Below are positions 28,944 to 35,939 of a stretch of 35,939 bases of DNA, one piece after another. Within the stretch, counting starts at the first letter, position 1, and each line of letters begins with the position of its first letter. The notes below the pieces were generated by a model. That model did no database searches, was not told the DNA's origin, and saw nothing but the letters and a program-made list of their open reading frames with translations. The stretch is taken from contig CAZWAU010000117.1 of NCBI GenBank assembly GCA_964631995.1, positions 1-35,939 of the forward strand, written 5' to 3'. Position numbers and translations under genes: made by a program. Source of the stretch: an uncultured Nitrososphaerota archaeon. Its GTDB lineage: Archaea > Thermoproteota > EX4484-205 > DTQO01.

Positions 28944-30239
28944 ATGTCCATGACAAAGATAGTTTTGATTGGTGGAGGAAGCTATGCATGGGCTCCAACG
29001 ATCATTAGAGACATAGTTGTGACAGATGATCTGGAGGGGAGCACGATCGTGCTTCACGATATAGATGCAAAATCTCTAGACGTGATGCTCTCCCTTGGGA
29101 AGATGATGATCGAAAGGTCAGGCAAGAAGTTTGGAATCGAGGCAACGACAAACAGGAGGCAAGCCCTGCAGGATACAGAGTTCGTGGTTCTAACGATATC
29201 GACTGGAGGGCTTGAGGCGATGAGGCACGACTTGGAGATTCCATTAAAGTATGGCATCTACCAGTCTGTTGGTGACACCGTCGGGCCGGGTGGAATATCG
29301 AGGACTCTTAGGAATATACCCGTGGTTTTGGAGATGACAAAGGATATGGGGGATCTTTGTCCTGATGCCTGGTTCATAAACTACTCGAACCCAATGACGA
29401 CGATCTGCAGGGCTGTGACGAAGACATCAAAAATAAGGACAATTGGCCTGTGCCACGGATTGAACGAAGTTGTTTTCATGCTCAGGAGCATATTTGAAGT
29501 TAAAAGCGAGAATGAGATGTACTTGAAAGCGGCGGGCATTAATCATCTTCCTTGGATAATCGAGCTATCAGTAAGAGGCGAGGATGGATTCCAGCTCCTG
29601 AGGGAATACATAAGGCGCAATGGCATTTCGATCTCGCCCGTCAAGCTTGAGCTCTTCAAGATCTACGGTTGCTTGCCTGGCACAGGCGATAGGCATGTCG
29701 CAGAGTTCTTTCCGTACTTTCTCACAAAGGAGGCTGGCGCTGGTTCGAAGTACGGTGTCAGGTTGACAACTATCGAGGACAGGTACAGGGGTAGGGAGAG
29801 GCAGATCGAAATCGTCAGCAAAATGCTCTCGGGGGAGATTGGCATCGAGATGAAAAAGTCAGCTGAAACAGCCTCGAACATAATTTCGGCTATTGTCAAT
29901 GGAAGGCATGAGGTTGAAGTTCTTAACCTTCCAAACAAGGGGCAGGTCAACAACTTACAAAGAGAAGCCATCGTTGAGACATATGGCTTGGTCGGACCAG
30001 GAGGTGCAGAAGGGATCGCGGTTGGGGATGTTCCACCTGCAGTCCAAGCCATACTGCACCAGCATATCGTGAAGCACGAGCTGACGGTAGAGGCAGCGCT
30101 TAAGGGGGATCGGGAGCTAGCGCTTCAGGCACTGCTCCTGGATCCTTTGGTCAGAGACCTCGAAACTGCTGGGAAAATGCTGGACGAGCTCTTGGAGGCG
30201 AACAAAATGTATCTTCCACAGTTCTTTGACAAAGGGTAG
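28944..30239 (+). CDS. melA: family 4 glycoside hydrolase, alpha-galactosidase/alpha-glucosidase type
   Basis: KIVLIGGGS, IPLKYGIYQSVGDTVGPGG, INYSNP, GLCH, GINH, RHVAEF, QALLLDP. Substrate not proven. Confidence 0.9.
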   Translation: MSMTKIVLIGGGSYAWAPTIIRDIVVTDDLEGSTIVLHDIDAKSLDVMLSLGKMMIERSGKKFGIEATTNRRQALQDTEFVVLTISTGGLEAMRHDLEIPLKYGIYQSVGDTVGPGGISRTLRNIPVVLEMTKDMGDLCPDAWFINYSNPMTTICRAVTKTSKIRTIGLCHGLNEVVFMLRSIFEVKSENEMYLKAAGINHLPWIIELSVRGEDGFQLLREYIRRNGISISPVKLELFKIYGCLPGTGDRHVAEFFPYFLTKEAGAGSKYGVRLTTIEDRYRGRERQIEIVSKMLSGEIGIEMKKSAETASNIISAIVNGRHEVEVLNLPNKGQVNNLQREAIVETYGLVGPGGAEGIAVGDVPPAVQAILHQHIVKHELTVEAALKGDRELALQALLLDPLVRDLETAGKMLDELLEANKMYLPQFFDKG

Positions 30240-30318
30240 AGAATTGCAAGTAAATGGAATTTCCTCTATAGGGAAGGCCATTCAGTTTAGGAACCCTGCT
30301 CCTTGAATGAAAGCCTGC

Positions 30319-30789
30319 TTAGAATTTCTCACGGTGGACGATCTGGGACATGGGCTTGCGGGACCTGCCAGGTGGCGATTCTGCGGGATAGCCCAAGGGA
30401 GTTACAGCCAGCACCCTAACATTGGCAGGAATCTTAAGTGCCTTCTTAATCTCGGAATCAGCACCCCAGCGGCCTATCCAGCATGTTCCAAGGCCAAGGT
30501 TTGTGGCAGCCAGAACGAGGTGCTCAAACGCTATCGAAATATCTATCGGGTTTGAGGCTTCGGTGCATCCAACGATGACGACAGGCGCCTGCTGGGCCCA
30601 TTCGGATATTCCAAGTGCCTTTTTAGTCTCTGGATCTTTGACGACTATGAAGTGCCAAGGTTGTGCGTTTCCTCCCGAAGGCGCAAGCCTTGCAGCCTCC
30701 AGAACTTGGTTTATGAGTTCTTCGGGCACGGGATCGGGCCTATACTTCCTTATGCTGCGCCTTTTACTTACTACATCCATAAAGTCCAT
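30319..30789 (-). CDS. nitroreductase family protein
   Basis: RRSIRKY, ARLAPSGGNAQPWHF, GLGTCWIG, PLGYP. Confidence 0.93.
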   Translation of the reverse strand: MDFMDVVSKRRSIRKYRPDPVPEELINQVLEAARLAPSGGNAQPWHFIVVKDPETKKALGISEWAQQAPVVIVGCTEASNPIDISIAFEHLVLAATNLGLGTCWIGRWGADSEIKKALKIPANVRVLAVTPLGYPAESPPGRSRKPMSQIVHREKF

Positions 30790-31166
30790 TGCGTATCAAG
30801 CAAAAGGGCTTGCTACCCACCTATAACCGTAACCATGTTTAAAGGTATTTTTCTTAGGTAGAAAAGATTCGATTTTTAGGTTGTTCTGAGCCAACAAAAG
30901 ACCAGGTGCTGGCTATATGTCAGTGCAACATGCCATCTTTTACGATGATATTATTAGGATTCAAGTGAACGTCAGGAAACATATGTTGCAAGCGCCGATG
31001 GGACATCCACAATGAGCGAGTACACGATGATTGCACATTTCTTGATGAATCTTGGATTTGGTTAGAAAGAGTCTATTGCTCGGATGCAGTATGCGCCTTT
31101 TGATTGTCGTCGAGAATCACCCTTTGCTTGAGTTGCAACTCTTATTTGCTTGGTATAATCGTACAT

Positions 31167-31982
31167 TCAGTACCAGCCCAGCGTGCCCTCCCGTTTGGAC
31201 CTGGCAACTCCCCATGAAAAGACCCTGTAGCCGATTGGGAATAGCACAATGGCAAAAAAAGCTCCCTTCAAAAATTCGAATAGAATCATGGGATTCGTAA
31301 GAGATGGATTCGTCAGCATCGAAAGACGGCACAGGTGGTAGACCCAAGTTTGGGGAAGGAACCAGGATATCGTCGATGCTCCTTTGAAGAATATCACGTC
31401 AAGGTAGAGGACTGGAAATGTGATACCTGAGAAGAGGTTCTGGAGGACATTTATAGCCCATGTGATTGGGTCTGTGGACTTGGTCACGATCCTCAATCCT
31501 GTCGATATCATGGCCAAACCCATCAATATGGCAGCTGAAATAGCGAATGCCAATAGCATGGATGGAATGTTGGCATTAAGCCTCGCGTTGAAAACGTAAA
31601 TTCCGATTATAAGATATGGGATGAATGTGATTATGGAGAAGATGTAGGTCCACATGATATTTCCAATGACGAAGACCGAGGTGCTTATGCCCGTCATCAA
31701 TATAGTTTCGATGGTCCAAGGGTTCAGCTGCCTTTCAACACCTTGCACAAGAGGCATCACGAGATTTCCGATCGCTATGCCCACAACTAAAAAGGAGATG
31801 TAATCGCTGCTGTACATCTCGCTTACAGGCTTCTGGACATAAGCAGCACCAACCCCCCATGAGAAGACTCCTACGAAGATATTGATTATCTGCGTGATCA
31901 CAGCGGTCCTGTAGGTTGCCCAGCTGTGGAAGTCCCGCTTCGTGAAAGCGATGATCTGCTTAATCTCTATCGGGATCTCCAT
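31167..31982 (-). CDS. ABC-2 type transporter permease
   Basis: About 6 TM segments; TIETILMT, FSGITFP, FLPQTW, KREGTLGWY. The likely start (MEIP) overlaps the end of the ATPase gene. Confidence 0.88.
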   Translation of the reverse strand: MEIPIEIKQIIAFTKRDFHSWATYRTAVITQIINIFVGVFSWGVGAAYVQKPVSEMYSSDYISFLVVGIAIGNLVMPLVQGVERQLNPWTIETILMTGISTSVFVIGNIMWTYIFSIITFIPYLIIGIYVFNARLNANIPSMLLAFAISAAILMGLAMISTGLRIVTKSTDPITWAINVLQNLFSGITFPVLYLDVIFFKGASTISWFLPQTWVYHLCRLSMLTNPSLTNPMILFEFLKGAFFAIVLFPIGYRVFSWGVARSKREGTLGWY

Positions 31983-33097
31983 CCTTCTACCCCTGCATAT
32001 GATCCTCCAAACCATTGCTCCATGCGATGTCCAGTGATAGCCATGAATGCATCCTCCAAAGTTGGTTCCTTTGTATTTATCGACCTTATCCTTAGCCCGC
32101 CCCTCATCACAACCTCCAAGATGTAAGATAGGTCCATCTCCTTGTTGGCTCGGATCGATATTCCGTGAAAGCTCCCTTCTTGATCAACCTCTGGGGTGAC
32201 ACCATGGACGCCGGGAATTCCTTCCAACTCATCGATCATTTTTTCGTGTCCTTCATCGAAGACCGCATCTATGAAGGCGATCTCTATAACCCTCTCATCG
32301 AACATCATGTACCTTACATTGTCCGGCGTGTCACACGCTGTAACCTTTCCCCGGTCGAGAATGGCTATTCGGTCGCATAGGGCCTGGGCCTCGTAAAGGT
32401 TGTGCGTGCTGAGCATGACGGTCTTTCCCTCCTCCCGCGCCAACTTGTCACGCAGCAGGCCACGAAACTCTGCCGCTGAAGTTGGGTCCAAGCCCACCGT
32501 TGGCTCGTCGAATAGCAGTATGGGCGTATTCCTGAGCAGAGCCCTGCAGAGCAACAGCTTGCGCTGCATGCCTGTGGAGTATCGCTGATAGCTGTCGTTA
32601 GCCCTTTCAATCAGTCCCGTAAACTCCAAAAGGAAGTCGATCCTTTCCTTGGCCACCCTCTCACTCAGTCCGTAAAGTAGCGCGTAAAACTCCAAATTCT
32701 GCCTTCCAGTCAGCCTCCAGTTGAATCCCCTGCTCTCTGGCAGGACAGCTTGAAGATTTTTCAGCACCTCGGAAGGTTCCTTCGCGACATCAAAACCATT
32801 GACATAGGCTTCACCTTCATCATGGATAACCAAGGTGCAGAGGATCTTGATCAAAGTTGTCTTTCCAGCCCCATTAGGCCCCAATACACCAAATATCTCC
32901 CCCTTCCCCACCTTGAGGTTTATGCCTCGAAGGGCTTCGATGAAAGGACCCTTCCTTCTTCTTATGATATTGAGCAACCCGCTGAATGATGTGACCTGAC
33001 CACCAAAACCATGGTGGAAATGGCCCCTCTCCCTCCTGGCACTCGTTGGGTACCTCTTGACCAGGTTTATGGTCTCTATGGCGTACCCCAAGGCCAT
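31967..33097 (-). CDS. ABC-2 type transporter ATP-binding protein
   Basis: GPNGAGKTT, YSTGMQRK, LLFDEPTVGLDP, STHNLYEA, EPTLEDAF. Start likely 33097 (or 33112), since a TTTTATA box lies at 33149-33155. Confidence 0.93.
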   Translation of the reverse strand: MALGYAIETINLVKRYPTSARRERGHFHHGFGGQVTSFSGLLNIIRRRKGPFIEALRGINLKVGKGEIFGVLGPNGAGKTTLIKILCTLVIHDEGEAYVNGFDVAKEPSEVLKNLQAVLPESRGFNWRLTGRQNLEFYALLYGLSERVAKERIDFLLEFTGLIERANDSYQRYSTGMQRKLLLCRALLRNTPILLFDEPTVGLDPTSAAEFRGLLRDKLAREEGKTVMLSTHNLYEAQALCDRIAILDRGKVTACDTPDNVRYMMFDERVIEIAFIDAVFDEGHEKMIDELEGIPGVHGVTPEVDQEGSFHGISIRANKEMDLSYILEVVMRGGLRIRSINTKEPTLEDAFMAITGHRMEQWFGGSYAGVEGWRSR

Positions 33098-33506
33098 CGC
33101 CTTACTGCTCAAGCCTTCTGGTAATGAAAGATTTAGCTCAGGATGCAGTATAAAAGTATATATGACATGAGGGTTGAGATCAATGAGTTCATCGTAGCTG
33201 ATACCGGTGTCTGTCATGGGAAATCAACATTCAAAGTGACATTTTGCCATGCCATCCACTGTCTGATCTTCATAGAATAGTGAATAGGTCATGTGAGGTC
33301 AGGATCATCAAGTACTAGAATTTGTTTTGAACCTATGACACAAGCCATAAACACAGATGCTGCCCACCAAATTAGCTAAAAAGGCTCTTAGTTCAAGAGA
33401 GGCTCAAACGCAGTCTGATGTAGCCTCATGGCGATCAATGGAGAAAAGGAGTATAGTAAGGCTTTTAATCGAATAATTCCTATTGATCTGACGCCAAAGT
33501 GTCCTG

Positions 33507-33776
33507 TTGATGGTCGAGGCATACATCCTTGTAAAAATCTCTACGCAGACGGAGATCTATGGCTACAATCGCTCCGTAGTGGAGAAGATAAGCAAGATGA
33601 AGGGTGTCGAGAACGCCCAGCTCCTTTTCGGCGACTATGATGCAATAGTGAAGTTGAACGTACCAAAGATCCACGATGTTGAGAACATTGTCATAGAGGA
33701 GATATCGATGATTCCAGGTGTAGAAGCAACGGTCACGTTATTAGCGGTAGATGAAAAGATTTTGGAGGAAGGATAA
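33507..33776 (+). CDS. stand-alone Lrp/AsnC ligand-binding (RAM) domain protein
   Basis: AYILVK...GVENAQLLFGDYDAIVKL...IPGVEATVTL; no HTH. Confidence 0.9.
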   Translation: MMVEAYILVKISTQTEIYGYNRSVVEKISKMKGVENAQLLFGDYDAIVKLNVPKIHDVENIVIEEISMIPGVEATVTLLAVDEKILEEG

Positions 33777-33779
33777 AGA

Positions 33780-34025
33780 ATGGAAACTGGGTACGTTCTC
33801 TTTAACCTCAGGCCAGGGACTAAGAAGGATTTCTTGGAAAAGGTTAGGAAGGTAAAAGCTGTCAAGGAGGCAAAGCTGGTGATCGGAATCTTCGATGCTA
33901 TTGCCAAGATCGAAACGGATAGCATAGAAGAGCTCGAGAAGATATATCTAAACGAAATAGAAAGGATACCAAACATCACAAACTCAAGGTTGCACTTCGT
34001 AGCTTGCCCAAGGACGAGGAAATAG
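33780..34025 (+). CDS. stand-alone Lrp/AsnC ligand-binding (RAM) domain protein
   Basis: GYVLFNLRPG...VKEAKLVIGIFDAIAKIE...IERIPNITNS; no HTH; 3 nt after the preceding stop. Confidence 0.9.
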   Translation: METGYVLFNLRPGTKKDFLEKVRKVKAVKEAKLVIGIFDAIAKIETDSIEELEKIYLNEIERIPNITNSRLHFVACPRTRK

Positions 34026-34143
34026 CACTATGACGAAAAATATCGGCGAAACATTCCTATCGTAAGTAATATTTCGGCTGAGACAAAAAGACGTGCCCAA
34101 CTTCACGCAATCAAACAATCTCGGGATCGAATCGACACTCAGC

Positions 34144-34171
34144 TGCCCGAGCTTCAATGTGGGCTTGGGCA
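34144..34171 (+). terminator. GC-rich stem-loop between convergent genes
   Basis: TGCCCGAGCTT-CAATGT-GGGCTTGGGCA can form an 11-bp stem with G-U pairs on the + strand, directly next to the dehydrogenase stop codon. Function inferred only. Confidence 0.3.
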
Positions 34172-35215
34172 TCACTTCATCTTCATATCTACGACCACTC
34201 TCTCCACATGTTCCCTTCTGCTCTCCACCAACTCGATTCCCTCGTTGATATCTCGGAGAGGGATGCGATGTGTTATAGATCGTGAGAGGTCGATCCTTCC
34301 GGACTCCATCAGTTTTATTATCCGGAACAAGTCAAAGCGCGTATGATCGCCCGAGACAGTAATCCACCCCTCTCGAATGTTCCAATACTCTACTTGGAAC
34401 GGTTTCGTCTGGAGCCCAACACTCACGGCTGTGCCGGACTCGACGCGATTCCTGCCCTTGATCGCCCTTATGGCCTGCTCCATTGCATTTGGCGAACCAG
34501 AACACTCGATCGAGATATCCGCACCCCACCCATCCGTCTCCCTGGCAATCATTCCCAAGACATCATCTCGACTGGGGTTGATGACCAGATCTGCTCCATA
34601 ACCCTTGGCAGCTTCCAACTTCGAATCCACGAGGTCGACAGCTATCACCTTACAGGCGCCGAAAAATTTCGCCCACATCACTGCATGGATCCCGACTCCT
34701 CCGACGCCAAATATGACTGCTGTATCCCCCTTCTTCAGGCCAGACCTTTCAACCGCATGGAAAGCTGTGGAGACCGCGCAGGCGGTTATGGCACCCCACT
34801 CTATCGGCACGTGTTTCGCAAAGCTCAGGGCATTCTTTGCAGGGACCTTGATGAATTCGGCGAATGTTCCGTCCACGTCATGGCCTATAGAAATTCTATT
34901 TCGGCACCTGTTGTCGAACCCCTGCAAGCAGGGCTTGCAGTAGCCGCAAGAGATCACGTAGTGGACGATGACGTTCTCGCCAACTTTAACGTTGGTCACG
35001 TCGCTTCCCACCTCCTTGATTGTGCCTGCACCCTCATGGCCTAGGGTCAGCGGTACCACGGCGGGGGCGGAATCTCCTCTCTTGTAATGGACATCTGAAC
35101 CACAGATGCCTGCAGCCTTGATCTCTACTAAAACGTCCCCAGGACCCGGGGAGGGAACGGGCACGTCCTCGATCACCAATGGTTTTCCAGCTTCTTTGAA
35201 TCTGGCAGCCAACAT
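34172..35215 (-). CDS. Zn-dependent MDR alcohol dehydrogenase
   Basis: GICGSDVH, GHEGAG, CGYCKPC...NRC, CAVSTAFHA, GVGGVG. Confidence 0.94.
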   Translation of the reverse strand: MLAARFKEAGKPLVIEDVPVPSPGPGDVLVEIKAAGICGSDVHYKRGDSAPAVVPLTLGHEGAGTIKEVGSDVTNVKVGENVIVHYVISCGYCKPCLQGFDNRCRNRISIGHDVDGTFAEFIKVPAKNALSFAKHVPIEWGAITACAVSTAFHAVERSGLKKGDTAVIFGVGGVGIHAVMWAKFFGACKVIAVDLVDSKLEAAKGYGADLVINPSRDDVLGMIARETDGWGADISIECSGSPNAMEQAIRAIKGRNRVESGTAVSVGLQTKPFQVEYWNIREGWITVSGDHTRFDLFRIIKLMESGRIDLSRSITHRIPLRDINEGIELVESRREHVERVVVDMKMK

Positions 35216-35647
35216 GAGGTTGGGTAGCAGTTATAGCGTATATTTGAGTTTTGGCGCTTCCCTCTTGCTAGACCTGAAGGTTGGGCGAATGGATAGTTTT
35301 TGGATAAAGGAAACATTCAAGCTCCAGAATTGACTGGCGCGATTTCAAAGGGCACAGAAATAACATACAGCTTCATGAAATAAACTTCGTGGTTGGATGC
35401 GATGGCGTTCCTAGCCATAAACGGTGGAAAGAAAGGAAGAAACCATTCCCAAGTTGGCCCGTCCACGACTAGAGACCATGGCTGCCACGAAGGTCATAAA
35501 GAGCGGCAACTGGTCCTGCCTCGGCCCCCTCGAGCTTGAGTTTTCGGAAAAAGTTAGCAAAATTTGAGGACGCCAAATATGGAACATGCGTGAATGGTAG
35601 AATCTCTAGCATCGAGGTTACATTGAAGGCGACTAGAATTGTGGCTG

Positions 35648-35759
35648 GAGACGCCAAAGCCTGAAAATTACCCTCTCTCATACTCCCTAACTATTTTAAT
35701 ATCGAAGGCACTATTATGAGAATAACGAATATGACAATAATGGCTTCTATCAACACCAT
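35648..35759 (-). pseudogene. N-terminal remnant of a stomatin/SPFH (band 7) protein
   Basis: MVLIEAIIVIFVILIIVPS, 2 extra nt, IKIVREYERG, 1 missing nt, (V)IFRLWRL, matching the stomatin N-terminal IKIVxEYERxVIFRLGR. TTTATA box upstream at 35791-35796. Confidence 0.7.
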
Positions 35760-35888
35760 TCGCTCAATACTATTTGGCATCACCAAAATATATAAATCTA
35801 GAAACCATAGAAAAAGAGTGAAACGGTGATATTTTTGTCATCAAAGTATGAAGTTAAACTTGTCTCTATTGAAGAAAAGAATAGGTTA

Positions 35889-35939
35889 ATGGAAAAATAT
35901 GGCGACCGCCTTCTCTACGAAGAGAGAGCTGACATATAT
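35889..35939 (+). CDS. possible start of a CDS running off the window edge
   Basis: ATG-initiated open frame MEKYGDRLLYEERADIY to the end of the window; too short to assign. Confidence 0.3.
   Translation, partial: MEKYGDRLLYEERADIY

Noticed and set aside
31130-31141. 12-bp palindrome GAGTTGCAACTC downstream of the ABC permease
   Set aside because: Single short occurrence, within chance expectation.
33113-33217. Long N-terminus on the ABC ATPase in the ORF track
   Set aside because: It contains a TATA-like TTTTATA and has no family similarity; the start is more likely 33097 or 33112.
35469-35681. 70-aa minus-strand ORF
   Set aside because: It starts out of frame inside the SPFH relic and has no recognisable family.
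1-35939. CRISPR arrays, tRNA/rRNA genes, Sec/Pyl read-through
   Set aside because: By eye I found no regularly spaced repeats, tRNA T-loop/cloverleaf signatures, or in-frame TGA/TAG inside otherwise intact domains; tRNAscan/Infernal could not be run.

Overview
Gene-dense prokaryotic window, most likely archaeal. This is an inference from TTTAAA/TTTAAG boxes about 23-24 nt ahead of several apparently leaderless starts, GGTG-type SD motifs, HTH-less Lrp/AsnC proteins and a TET-type M42 peptidase; the gene set resembles Bathyarchaeia-like heterotrophs, but that cannot be proven here. Carbohydrate catabolism dominates: a GH29 alpha-L-fucosidase, a GH4 alpha-galactosidase-like enzyme, IolB, three Gfo/Idh/MocA oxidoreductases, three Zn-dependent MDR dehydrogenases and an Fe-S aldo/keto reductase. 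A six-gene cluster at 15065-21508 (TIM-barrel isomerase/lyase, Gfo, class I aldolase, two Zn-dehydrogenases, FGGY kinase) sits divergent from a UroD/MtaA-like gene. Also present are two MFS transporters, a heterodimeric ABC exporter, an ABC-2 pair, two nitroreductases, a GNAT, an APH-like kinase and tandem stand-alone Lrp ligand-binding domains. Features not evident from the ORF track: a decayed IS5/IS1182-like transposase, a stomatin/SPFH remnant, a frameshifted threonine-synthase-like gene, a frameshifted membrane-protein gene, a candidate Cys/His-rich microprotein and a recurrent intergenic GCCATAA(AC) motif. I saw no rRNA, tRNA or CRISPR array. The best candidate for an undescribed system is the sugar/polyol pathway at 13412-21508, whose enzymes show non-canonical catalytic residues. 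All motif assignments are by eye.
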